Assembly (NCBI GenBank): GCA_031285245.1
Contig: JAITWN010000165.1
Coordinates: 1 to 32,525 of the forward strand
Source of the DNA: Chromatiales bacterium
GTDB lineage: Bacteria; Pseudomonadota; Gammaproteobacteria; SZUA-140
DNA: 32,525 nucleotides
Direction of reading: 5' to 3'
The notes under the pieces: generated by a model
What the model saw: the letters and a program-made list of their open reading frames with translations, nothing else
The model's database searches: none
Told to the model about the DNA's origin: nothing
Shown here: piece by piece, positions 1-8,921 of the stretch
Position numbering within the stretch: position 1 is the stretch's first letter
Layout of the letters: every line of letters starts with the position of its first letter
Program-made: the position numbers and the translations under genes

Positions 1-1
1 C

Positions 2-595
2 AAAGATATGGCGGGTAGTTGGACCACCGGGGGTATGAAAAACGGTATCTCGGTGTTCTTCGACAGTATCCGCGACGCCATGCAGATTGTTTCGCGCCAG
101 TCTGATGAAACCTTCAAGCTGGTACAGTCGATTTATAAGCGCTTTCACGATGATTACGGACTGCGCGTCACGCCACCGCGTATGTTTCCGGCGAAGAAGT
201 TCAGTGAAGAGCTCGATTTGCTTTATCTGAAGGCTGAAGAATTCCGCAACAGCCCAAGCACAACCATGACGGAACAGAGCTTCGTGGTGAAAAAATTCTT
301 CATTTCACTGGTAAGCCATGCCCGTAATATCTTCATCCAGGCGAACAAGGAAGCCGATGCTTGGCTGAAGGAACTGGTCAACCCATTGGTCGGCCAGATT
401 CAGGAAATGCTCAGCAGCACCGAACGGCACATGAAGACCCTGAGCAAAATAAGGGAGTCCAAGGACAATCTGGAAGCTCAGCTCAATGAGCTCCTAACTA
501 TCAGAGATACCGTGACCCAGCAGACCGCCAGCCTGCAGCAGATTCGATGGGCGCTGGAAAAGTGCACACCACCGTCCCAGCAGTCCTCAAACTAA
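2..595 (+). CDS. C-terminal part of a helical protein, probably a dynamin-like GTPase family protein (5' truncated by window edge)
   Basis: Frame is open from the window start. Long helical/coiled-coil sequence (SWTTGGM...FFISLVSHARNIFIQANKEADAWLKELVNPL) resembles the C-terminus of proteobacterial dynamin-like proteins. The GTPase motifs are not in the window. Confidence 0.55.
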   Translation, partial: KDMAGSWTTGGMKNGISVFFDSIRDAMQIVSRQSDETFKLVQSIYKRFHDDYGLRVTPPRMFPAKKFSEELDLLYLKAEEFRNSPSTTMTEQSFVVKKFFISLVSHARNIFIQANKEADAWLKELVNPLVGQIQEMLSSTERHMKTLSKIRESKDNLEAQLNELLTIRDTVTQQTASLQQIRWALEKCTPPSQQSSN

Positions 596-760
596 AGACT
601 TAAGCCGCCCGTTAGCCTTTGTTTCTTTGGAATTCTTTCACCCTAAGGCCAAGCGCCGCGCCCGACACCGGCGGCTTGCGCCTGCTGGGTTGATCCATTA
701 CACTAGTCCGCAATTCTTTTGATTGATCGCAGTTTAGAAACTAGAGGGAGGGCTCGTTTC

Positions 761-868
761 ATGTTCCCAGGTCTTTTGGTACCGATTGTTATCTTCTTTG
801 GCCTAGCTGTTTTTCTGTCGAGCTCTATCGCTGGGCGCGCACTGCAGAACGTCAAGAAGAAGTCTTAA
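761..868 (+). CDS. 35-aa single-TM microprotein MFPGLLVPIVIFFGLAVFLSSSIAGRALQNVKKKS (not in ORF track)
   Basis: Translated by hand. SD-like GAGGGAGGG just upstream, hydrophobic helix with basic tail, followed directly by an intrinsic terminator. Confidence 0.7.
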   Translation: MFPGLLVPIVIFFGLAVFLSSSIAGRALQNVKKKS

Positions 869-885
869 AATACCGCTTGCGTCAG

Positions 886-918
886 AAAAACCCGGCCTCT
901 GAATGCCGGGTTTTTTTT
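886..918 (+). terminator. Rho-independent terminator (possibly bidirectional)
   Basis: AAAAA-CCCGGC-ctctgaat-GCCGGG-TTTTTTTT. Confidence 0.85.
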
Positions 919-964
919 GGCGTTTTTCCGATTACTCTTCCCCACTCTCGCTCATGTTGTGGTC

Positions 965-1504
965 ATGCCTCAGGAAACTCCCGCACAGGATCTGCGTAAA
1001 CTCATCAAGTTCCTGATCGCCTCGGCGTTCTACTTTTTTGTTGGAACTGTCCATGGCGTCGCTCAGGTTATTCCTTCAGTGCGTATCTGGCTCGATTCGA
1101 TTGGCAGCCCCTACGGCGGCCCCGGTCACATGATCGATCCCTTAGCCCACGCCCATATCAACGTCGTCGGTGGTGTCGTGCTCTTGTGCATGGCAGTCAC
1201 TTATTACATGCTCACCACGCTGTCGAGGCGACCGATCTGGTCCATGCGGCTGGTCGATCATTCCTTCTGGTGGACCGCGCTCGGCGTTGCCGGCTTCTAT
1301 TCCACGCTGATGACCTTCGGCATTGTCGAAGGCAATATGCTGCTGCGTGGTGAAACCGAGGCTATCTATAAATTACACCGCTTCTACGGCCCCTTCATCG
1401 CTATCATCTCGACCGGGATGGGCGTGGGTTTTTGGCTGTTTTTTGCCAATATTTTCATGACAGCTAAATCCATTTACTCTACCCCCTCGTCCAAAACCGC
1501 ATGA
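965..1504 (+). CDS. Single-repeat (~4 TM) heme-copper oxidase subunit I-like protein
   Basis: AHAHINVVG...YY...RR..WS...FW aligns without gaps to the helix X-XI region of the CcoN in this window. ATG 965 is preferred because the track's TTG 917 lies in the terminator U-tract. Confidence 0.75.
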   Translation: MPQETPAQDLRKLIKFLIASAFYFFVGTVHGVAQVIPSVRIWLDSIGSPYGGPGHMIDPLAHAHINVVGGVVLLCMAVTYYMLTTLSRRPIWSMRLVDHSFWWTALGVAGFYSTLMTFGIVEGNMLLRGETEAIYKLHRFYGPFIAIISTGMGVGFWLFFANIFMTAKSIYSTPSSKTA

Positions 1505-2034
1505 TACTCGAGTGCGGATGCCCGTCGACTTATCCAGACTGGCACCAGCAAGATGTTGATCTGGGCGGACGCTGCATACACCAGGTTTCGGTTCCTATGC
1601 TGCTGCATATGCCGATTGGCTACGATGCACAGCTACGCCGGCAACAGGACAATATCGATCGGCTTGGACTTGAGGAGACCTGGCCCGGTCTAGCGCTGGT
1701 CCGGACCGGCATGCTGCGCGGCAATATCACCCGACTGCTGGAAAACACGGAATCGCCCTCCCATCACGTTTCCTGGCTGCCGCGCCCTTATCAGGTCTAC
1801 GCTCATTTGCATCATGGTGGGCTTGGCAGCGTACGCCCTGCACTGCGCGATATGCAGGCTCGGCTGCTCGATACCGGACGCATGCCTGGAGAATTACTGT
1901 TGGGACACTTGACCTGCACACGATGTGCAGATCAGCGCGGTGGGGAAAAGATACTTCTGCTCAGGCAGTGGCGCGAAAGCGCCGTATTACGCAAACGCAG
2001 AGAAAAAACAACCGGCGCTAGCGTGAAACGCTGA
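1501..2034 (+). CDS. Hypothetical soluble protein with CxC and CxxC motifs (possibly GyrI-like fold)
   Basis: ATGA overlap with the upstream gene; N-terminal ECGCP and C-terminal TCTRC; fold assignment is tentative. Confidence 0.6.
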   Translation: MILECGCPSTYPDWHQQDVDLGGRCIHQVSVPMLLHMPIGYDAQLRRQQDNIDRLGLEETWPGLALVRTGMLRGNITRLLENTESPSHHVSWLPRPYQVYAHLHHGGLGSVRPALRDMQARLLDTGRMPGELLLGHLTCTRCADQRGGEKILLLRQWRESAVLRKRREKTTGASVKR

Positions 2035-2392
2035 CCGGAAACTCCAGCACTCGCTCTTCAAGCCGATCACGCAGATACACATAGAGCGTCTGATCGCCAG
2101 AATCCAGCCGTACTGCCCGCCGATATACACCGATGTTGCCATCCTGAATCGCTTGCTGCCAGGGCGCATCGGGCTTGCTACGCAGAGACACCACCAAATC
2201 TTTGGCCGGTAAGTGATCTGAATTAGTGGCCACGATCATGAATTCATTCATTCCTTGTCGCAGAGGAATCGGGCGAAATTCGATCGTGATATTGATATCA
2301 CCCCATTGCTGAGACGGCAATCTCGACTGATCTCCATCATTACCGCAAGCAAGCAACATCAGCATCACCAGCATGACGACGAAAATCCTCAT
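2018..2392 (-). CDS. Lipoprotein with FixH/YtkA-like beta-sandwich domain (CcoH-like)
   Basis: Start at ATG 2392 (ATGA overlap with upstream stop) gives a signal peptide with lipobox LLAC. Pattern P.P...G.N.F...G.Y resembles YtkA/FixH domains. Located in a cbb3 cluster. Confidence 0.6.
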   Translation of the reverse strand: MRIFVVMLVMLMLLACGNDGDQSRLPSQQWGDINITIEFRPIPLRQGMNEFMIVATNSDHLPAKDLVVSLRSKPDAPWQQAIQDGNIGVYRRAVRLDSGDQTLYVYLRDRLEERVLEFPVSVSR

Positions 2393-2703
2393 GCTGGATC
2401 TCTCGCATCCGCAGCATTGTGCTGGAGATAATCTAGGATCATGCGTAACTGCTCGGGCGGAATCGGCCCAATGCGGGTCGCAATCCTGCGTTGTTGCATA
2501 CGCGAAACGATCGCTGGCCACTCCGACGCAACGCGGCTACCCGACTGAGGCGCCGCGTGGCAACCACCACAATAATAGAGATACGCCTTCTGTGGCTCAT
2601 GCGGCGCATAATTTTCCTGCGCCGACGGAGGAGGTCCTTCAGAGGTACATGCCGCGAGCATCAGCGCACCAACAATTCCGACAACCGCTCTAGCCTGCAT
2701 CAT
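2389..2703 (-). CDS. Monoheme cytochrome c lipoprotein
   Basis: Lipobox LAAC, heme motif CGGCH, and W...V.RM downstream motif providing a candidate axial Met. Confidence 0.8.
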   Translation of the reverse strand: MMQARAVVGIVGALMLAACTSEGPPPSAQENYAPHEPQKAYLYYCGGCHAAPQSGSRVASEWPAIVSRMQQRRIATRIGPIPPEQLRMILDYLQHNAADARDPA

Positions 2704-3161
2704 GGTTTGCCAGAAGCATCCTGCTTCGATTCGCTGCTCTCATCGCTTCTAGACTGCTTGTCGCTATCGAGTCTGCCCGCGATGTTGCTACCGTAGAACT
2801 GAACCATAAAATAAACAAAAGCACCGAAAACCAAGATATACGCGATCGCGGCACCAAAACCCCAATTGACCCACTCGCGCTCATATCCCGGGCGATCGCC
2901 CCAGAACGGAAAACTCAGACCTATCGCCACCAGAAACACCATGACGATAATCGCGATGAACCAGACTGGGACATTGCGCTGCGACTCAGGGATTCGGTCT
3001 ACCAGCTCCCAATCCTCAAGACCGCGCTTGGCGAGGCGCTCTTCATCCGAAGCATAACCAAAGTGATCATCCGGCTGCGCGCCCCACTCACTGTGCACCG
3101 GATCCAGATTGGGAGCGGGCTTCCCGCTTTCATCCTGAGATTGTTTCTCTTCGTCGCTCAT
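2700..3161 (-). CDS. 2-TM membrane protein, short paralog of 10770..11405
   Basis: Shares I.E.....P...FP.WG.RP and W...G....I.Y...F...V...V blocks with the 211-aa protein; translationally coupled on both sides. Confidence 0.75.
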   Translation of the reverse strand: MSDEEKQSQDESGKPAPNLDPVHSEWGAQPDDHFGYASDEERLAKRGLEDWELVDRIPESQRNVPVWFIAIIVMVFLVAIGLSFPFWGDRPGYEREWVNWGFGAAIAYILVFGAFVYFMVQFYGSNIAGRLDSDKQSRSDESSESKQDASGKP

Positions 3162-4501
3162 GCGCCTCCCTCAACCAGATGATGGACGCGGAAACTACGA
3201 CGCTCGCCATCTGGCGCGTTGAGATAAACCAAGAAAGGATGTAGCCCAGGCGCAAGACCAGCATTGATACGCAGATGGATATCCTTGCGACCGGCGCTCA
3301 AAAATTCGGCGTGATCCGCCTCTAACTGATAAGAACCCTCAGGCAGACCTTCGACGCTGACACTAATATCAACTGGCTGATAGAGCTTGCTCGCGATATT
3401 GATGCGGTAATCCCACTCGGCAGCATGCGCAGTCTCCGCGCGGTAAACCGTGTGTCGATAGGCATCATAAGACCACAAGCCCCAAGTGAACAACGCCACG
3501 CCAAACGCTGTCAGCATCGCTGCCCAAGGCGCACGCAACATCACCGAACCAACGTTGCCGCGTCGAGACGTCTGCGCGCCACTCTGCTCTCCGAACCCGA
3601 AACGCAGAAGACTATTGCCGGTCTTGCGCGCGCCGCGCACGGTGCTGCACGCAGTAATGCATTCACCACAGTTGATGCAGGCGTCATAAACCACCGTCTG
3701 CCGCGGATCAATGCCGATGAAGCAGGAGGTTTCGCAGAAATTACAACGCGCGCATTCATCCTGGTGGCTATTGTCATAGGCGATACGCAAGGTCTCACGT
3801 GTCTTAAAAGAATGCTGCCAAACACGATAGACACACATGAATCTGCACCAGAAGTGGCGCACAAACGCGATGTTGACGAACAGTATCAACACGAAGATGG
3901 TGTATATCCAATGCAGAGAGCCCGCGAGACGCTCATCGTGTTGGAACGTTACGAAATGCCACAGTTGTTCTGGAGAATAGAAATAGAACATCGGCACAAA
4001 CGCCGTCACCATTGCCGCGAGGAGAAAAACGCTACCGAGGATCGTCCAGTTGATCCACTTGTTTTTGCCAGAGGAAACTTTAATCGGCTTGCCATCCAGA
4101 CTGACCTCCGCGCGCTTACCAAGCAAGCGGTGCGTCATGTGATTAGCCCACTCAGCGAGCGTATTCTGCGGGCAGGACCAACCACAAAATGCTGTACCAA
4201 CTAGCGAATAAGTCATCACCAGCAGACTGGATAGCGCCAGCCATAAACCAATCACGATGTAGAAATCAGAAAACCAGATCTGCCGATCAAGGACAACGAA
4301 CGCACCATCCACCGGATCAATACGGAACAATCCGGAAACGGGGATCAGGATCGCAAGCAGAACTGTACCGATTTGGACTGCGCGGCGCCGGCTGTGCAAC
4401 TTGCGACCAGCCTTGGCATCCGCGCTGACAATGGGGATTTGCGACAGTGCCTTCGAGTAGTGCATGCCGCAAATACTAGCACGCGACGCATCATCTTTCA
4501 C
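3158..4501 (-). CDS. ccoG: CcoG/FixG-family membrane 4Fe-4S protein (cbb3 accessory)
   Basis: CGWSCP, CRFMC, CARCNFCETSC and CINCGECITAC motifs; multiple TM helices; C-terminal Ig-like segment. Confidence 0.8.
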   Translation of the reverse strand: MKDDASRASICGMHYSKALSQIPIVSADAKAGRKLHSRRRAVQIGTVLLAILIPVSGLFRIDPVDGAFVVLDRQIWFSDFYIVIGLWLALSSLLVMTYSLVGTAFCGWSCPQNTLAEWANHMTHRLLGKRAEVSLDGKPIKVSSGKNKWINWTILGSVFLLAAMVTAFVPMFYFYSPEQLWHFVTFQHDERLAGSLHWIYTIFVLILFVNIAFVRHFWCRFMCVYRVWQHSFKTRETLRIAYDNSHQDECARCNFCETSCFIGIDPRQTVVYDACINCGECITACSTVRGARKTGNSLLRFGFGEQSGAQTSRRGNVGSVMLRAPWAAMLTAFGVALFTWGLWSYDAYRHTVYRAETAHAAEWDYRINIASKLYQPVDISVSVEGLPEGSYQLEADHAEFLSAGRKDIHLRINAGLAPGLHPFLVYLNAPDGERRSFRVHHLVEGGA

Positions 4502-7131
4502 GAACCGGGCACGCTACGCACAGCATCGCCAAGCTGGGTTGCAGTGCGCACTTCACGGTCGAGCGGATTGACCGCAGAAAGCCGGGAAAGATACTGCGCA
4601 GCGAGCTCAGCATCACCGGTATCACGCGCCATTTGCCACAACATCCGCAGCGTATCGGCATGATCAGGGCGTGCGCGTAACAATGCCTCAAGCACCTGAC
4701 GGCGCTGTACAAATGGAACGCCACCGAGACTCGAAAGAACATTGTCTGCCAGAGCGAACCCCACCCAGCGGTCTTGCGGGTTCACCTCGAAAGCCGAGCG
4801 AATGAGCCGCTGTGCATCCGGCATATCGCTATTGATGCTTGCCAACCATGCGCGCAAGGCCAAAGCAGAGCCACTATACCCGCGCTCAAAATGACGCTCG
4901 TCCGCCGCATCAACACCAAGCTCTTTCATAGCGCTAGCTAGCGATGGGCGCTGCTGCAACAGCCACGACAACACCACATCGAGCTCGATACCGCCACCAT
5001 AACGCGCATGGGGCAAGCCGAACTCGATACGCGGCCACCATTCATCCTGCATGGGCCCCTCTGCGATCACCACTCGGCCGCAGTAGCGGCCGAGCCAGGT
5101 CCACAGACCTTCGCCACCGGTTTGATCAGCGCTCTGCGCCGAGCTCTCAGCGGATATTCTTTCCTGGACTGCACGCAGTCGTTCACGTGCATCAACACCA
5201 GACAAGCCGCCGACCATGGCGATGCGAAATCCATCCATGAACATCGCCGCATCTGGGAACACGTGCTCAAAGCTGCGCAAAACCGTTTGCAACGATTCAA
5301 TATCGAATTGATTCAGTGCCAGCCACTGCACAAAAACACCGCCCGGCGCGAGACGTGCGCGAGCACGCTCGAACTGCTGCACGGAAAGCAGCGCACTGCG
5401 CCCCACCAGATCAGGATGAAAAACATCGCCGACGATGACATCAAAGCGAGCGCTACTGACGCTGAGATAACGCCGCGCGTCATCACGCACAATCGTCGCA
5501 TAATCGCCCACATTGCCATTCACCGGCTTAAACCATAAGCGCGCAGCTTCGATCGCCCCTGCGGACAGCTCAACCGCGACACGGTCGAGAGCCGGATACC
5601 CGAGAGAACCCGCTGCCGAGACACCGGTTCCAAGTCCGAGGAAAAGTATCGAGTGTGGATCTGGGTGCAGTAACAATGGCAAGCGTGCCTGATTTTTCTG
5701 CAACTCCACCGCGGCCTGCTCGCTAGACGCATCCATACGCTGCAAATCACTCAGCAGAAGACGCTGCCCATCAGACTGCTCGATCACATGAGTAATCGCC
5801 ATAGCATCTTCATAGCGATAGAGATCATGACTTTCTTGCTGAGCAGGCATAAGTTTGGAAACCGGGGGGAAAACAGCAACTGGCGAGGCGAGCACAAGAA
5901 CAACTGGTAGCGCGAGCCACGTTACTCGTGAAGCCCACACCATTGCAGCTACCAACAGCGCCACCGCACCGACCACTATCGTCGCTGGCGTCCCAATCGT
6001 CGGCACCAGCAACAGCCCTGCAACCAATGCACCCAGCGCCGCACCAATCGAATTGATTCCATACAACAAAGGACCATGCGCACTGCCGCCATAGCGCTGA
6101 CTTAATAACGGCAGCCAGGAACCGAGCACAAAGGTCGCTGGTAGCGTAACAACAGCGAGTATTATTCCCTCGCTCCACAACGCTGCGGCAAGCGTGGAAA
6201 ACTCCTGGCGCTGAGCCCATGAGGAAATCCAAGGCAACGCATAAAGACTTGCGATACCAGTAGCCGCAGCCAGCATTGGCAGTACAGACAACCAATGCGA
6301 ACTCCTCATATGGCGCGCCAACAAACTACCAAGGCCGATGCCAAACAGATAAACCGCAAGGATCACTGCCATCACATATTCGGTGCGCAGCAACACCATA
6401 CCGTAGAGGCGAGTCCAGCCAACTTCGAGCAGAATCGCTGCAGCGCCAACTACGCCATATGCAAATAGCGCCAGCAGTGGTAGCGATAGCGCATCCGCGC
6501 TAGAAAGTGCAGAAGTATGTTCAGTACGCGCCCCACTCCAAGCCAGCAACGCTGCACCTCCCGCGACCAGAAGTCCTAGTGCTGCAATCCAACCGATCGA
6601 TGCCGTCCAACCGAACGCAGGCAGCAGCCACAATGGCAACAAGGCTCCAATCGCTGCGCCACAAGCATTGAACCCATAGAGCCGACCCAGCGCATGCTCG
6701 TCATCCGCGCCCATCGCGCGCAAGATCATGGGGAAGCCTGCCCCCATGGCAATCGCTGGCAATAGCATGAGGAATAGTAGTGCGCCCCCCTGCAAGAACA
6801 ACCAGGCGCTGAGCGACACATCAGGAGCAAAAACAGTCAGCGCTTTTTCCGCGTACCCAAGCAGCCAGGGCAGCACCAAAGCATAGAGCGCGATGGAGCC
6901 TTCGATGAAGGAAAATATCAGTAGCGGCTGCCGGCGACGTCCTAGCCAGCGTATGGCGAGCAAGCTGCCAAGACCAAGGCCCGCCATGAAAGCCGCAATA
7001 GTAACAACCACGCCGAAGATGCTGACTCCAAACTGCATCGACAGCATGCGCGCCCACAACACTTCAAACGCCAGACTAGTCGCACCAGAACCAGCATAGA
7101 GTACCGGAAGCAAGCGTCTCACCATGCTCAC
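4498..7131 (-). CDS. Fused multi-TM membrane domain / spermidine-synthase-like SAM-binding protein
   Basis: Internally duplicated TM region (SLAFEVLWARML / AILLEVGWTRLY; LYGFNACGAAIG / LYGINSIGAALG), then LFLGLGTG, VEL, DDARRYL and FDVIVGD motifs; helical TPR-like C-terminus. Confidence 0.85.
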   Translation of the reverse strand: MSMVRRLLPVLYAGSGATSLAFEVLWARMLSMQFGVSIFGVVVTIAAFMAGLGLGSLLAIRWLGRRRQPLLIFSFIEGSIALYALVLPWLLGYAEKALTVFAPDVSLSAWLFLQGGALLFLMLLPAIAMGAGFPMILRAMGADDEHALGRLYGFNACGAAIGALLPLWLLPAFGWTASIGWIAALGLLVAGGAALLAWSGARTEHTSALSSADALSLPLLALFAYGVVGAAAILLEVGWTRLYGMVLLRTEYVMAVILAVYLFGIGLGSLLARHMRSSHWLSVLPMLAAATGIASLYALPWISSWAQRQEFSTLAAALWSEGIILAVVTLPATFVLGSWLPLLSQRYGGSAHGPLLYGINSIGAALGALVAGLLLVPTIGTPATIVVGAVALLVAAMVWASRVTWLALPVVLVLASPVAVFPPVSKLMPAQQESHDLYRYEDAMAITHVIEQSDGQRLLLSDLQRMDASSEQAAVELQKNQARLPLLLHPDPHSILFLGLGTGVSAAGSLGYPALDRVAVELSAGAIEAARLWFKPVNGNVGDYATIVRDDARRYLSVSSARFDVIVGDVFHPDLVGRSALLSVQQFERARARLAPGGVFVQWLALNQFDIESLQTVLRSFEHVFPDAAMFMDGFRIAMVGGLSGVDARERLRAVQERISAESSAQSADQTGGEGLWTWLGRYCGRVVIAEGPMQDEWWPRIEFGLPHARYGGGIELDVVLSWLLQQRPSLASAMKELGVDAADERHFERGYSGSALALRAWLASINSDMPDAQRLIRSAFEVNPQDRWVGFALADNVLSSLGGVPFVQRRQVLEALLRARPDHADTLRMLWQMARDTGDAELAAQYLSRLSAVNPLDREVRTATQLGDAVRSVPGS

Positions 7132-7199
7132 GCGCGAAGCCCGCTCAGCGCATCACATCTCTCACACCACTTCGCATTGGGAAAAACGCGCACGACAAC

Positions 7200-7574
7200 T
7201 CAGAAGGGAAAAAACCAGACAATTGCCACCACAGCATGAACAATGGCAAGCGTCACGCTGAAGCCAGCAAAGATCGTATGGGCGACAAAGACCTTCTTGC
7301 CATAGATTGCCATTGCAACACCAAGCCCTGCCGCCGTCAGCAAACATATGAGCAGAGCAATCCCCATGACAAAAAGAATGAGATGTTTGCGCTGATCAGG
7401 AATCGCATTGCGCAATTCCGCCGCACGCTGCGCCTCGGTGAATGCTCTGATCACTTGCCCATCGCCGGAAGATTCTGCCGCGAGAACAGTTGCACCAGAG
7501 AAAGAGAAAAATAAAGGCATCATCACCAACACAAGGGTGATACAGCAAAATCTGAGCTGTGCCAAAAAACGCAT
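7200..7574 (-). CDS. Small membrane protein with His residues in or near TM helices
   Basis: N-terminal signal/TM segment plus two TM helices; KHL, VAHT and IVHA; lies in the co-directional operon. Confidence 0.7.
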   Translation of the reverse strand: MRFLAQLRFCCITLVLVMMPLFFSFSGATVLAAESSGDGQVIRAFTEAQRAAELRNAIPDQRKHLILFVMGIALLICLLTAAGLGVAMAIYGKKVFVAHTIFAGFSVTLAIVHAVVAIVWFFPF

Positions 7575-7584
7575 GATGCTGTGC

Positions 7585-7842
7585 TTATCGCTGCTCGGCT
7601 TCGGGGTTCACTTGTTCTTGAGCCCCCTTTTCACTCTCAGGATGACGCAGCGTCCACCAATAAAGCACCGCCATCAAAATAAATGGCACCATCAATATCA
7701 GTAACAGGAAAATGAAGATATACCAGATGGTATCAATGGTGACATGCAGATAGCGGTAGCTATCGAATGCAAAAGCCGGCGCTGGTAATAAAGCCAATAG
7801 AACGAGCGGCCAACGTGACAGGAACTTCAACAACATGATCAT
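7585..7842 (-). CDS. Small membrane protein
   Basis: Signal-peptide-like N-terminus (AFA), one strong TM helix, ATGA overlap with the upstream gene. Confidence 0.7.
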   Translation of the reverse strand: MIMLLKFLSRWPLVLLALLPAPAFAFDSYRYLHVTIDTIWYIFIFLLLILMVPFILMAVLYWWTLRHPESEKGAQEQVNPEAEQR

Positions 7843-8921
7843 TGCTGTTTAGTACTCCGCTCCAGATCGGCCGCGATTCGAAAACCGAAAAAATCCGACG
7901 CATACTGCGGCCAAGAATAATTACGGTGATAATTCGCTGTGGAAAATGGGTCACTCTTCCATGAACCACCGCGCAATACTTTGTAGCTTCCCTCTACTGG
8001 CACCAAATCGACAACTTTCATCGCTTCATCAAGCGGCGTGGTTGCCTTGGCGACATGTCCTTGGAAATATTCCGGCGATGCATCGTTACCGGGATAAGGC
8101 TGAAAACTGTCAGCCGTCCACTCACTGACATTTCCAGCCATATCCATGACACCAAACGGGCTGCCGCCTTCAGGGAACTTGGTCACTTCACTCGTCGCAC
8201 CGACGGTATAGTAAGTATTGAGGCGAGCAGTATCCATCTCATCGCCCCAAGGCCAGCGACGACCATCGGTGCCGCGGGCGGCTTTTTCCCATTCAGCCTC
8301 TCGCGGCAAACGCCCGCCTGCCCAAGCAGCATAGGCACCAGCGTCATGCCAGGAAACCATCGTGACGGGATGCAGCGCCTGCCCCTGGCGAAACTTCCCG
8401 CCATCCCAATTGAGTGGAGGACGGTGCCCAGTGGCAGCGACAAACCGTGCATATTGTGCATTGGTCACTGGATACTTGCTGATCTCGAACGCCGCGAGCG
8501 AAACGCGATGCTGCGGAGTGTCTTGTACAGCGCTGCGAGAACGATCGGTACCCATCAGAAACTCGCCAGCGGGAATGGTAATGAGCGTATCAATTTCAGC
8601 CCATTGCTCCGCGCTCAAAAGCGCTTCTGCCTCAGCCACCGTATAAGAGTTATACGCAGCAGTGGGGTGCTCATGCTTTTCATGACGAGACAGTTCTTCT
8701 CCGGAGGCGCGTAGGCGCGAGCCCACTTCAGAGAGATCATAGCCCGCTTTCGAGCGCATCTCGTCCATACGCTTGGAGCCGATCTGCAGAATGTGGAGGC
8801 TTCCCCCCACCATAGCCAATGAAATGCAGGTAATGATCGTCGCAGCCAGATAACGCTTACGGCGTTGACGCACACTCTCATCGTTCACGCTTGAAACCCC
8901 GGGCGGATAACTCACACTCAT
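7839..8921 (-). CDS. Membrane-anchored formylglycine-generating-enzyme (FGE-sulfatase/SUMF1/NirV) family protein
   Basis: IPAGEFLMG, PVTNAQY, HPVTMVSW, RLPREAEWEKAARG, DMAGNVSEW, RGGSW and GFR motifs; N-terminal TM helix. Confidence 0.9.
   Translation of the reverse strand: MSVSYPPGVSSVNDESVRQRRKRYLAATIITCISLAMVGGSLHILQIGSKRMDEMRSKAGYDLSEVGSRLRASGEELSRHEKHEHPTAAYNSYTVAEAEALLSAEQWAEIDTLITIPAGEFLMGTDRSRSAVQDTPQHRVSLAAFEISKYPVTNAQYARFVAATGHRPPLNWDGGKFRQGQALHPVTMVSWHDAGAYAAWAGGRLPREAEWEKAARGTDGRRWPWGDEMDTARLNTYYTVGATSEVTKFPEGGSPFGVMDMAGNVSEWTADSFQPYPGNDASPEYFQGHVAKATTPLDEAMKVVDLVPVEGSYKVLRGGSWKSDPFSTANYHRNYSWPQYASDFFGFRIAADLERSTKQQ

Noticed and set aside
602-677. Inverted repeat AAGCCGCC...GGCGGCTT after the first gene (possible structured RNA)
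   Set aside because: Only an 8-bp stem with a long loop; no recognisable ncRNA or riboswitch motif.
690-732. TTGAT half-sites upstream of the 35-aa microprotein
   Set aside because: The second half-sites match poorly (7/10 at best), so they are not called as FNR boxes.
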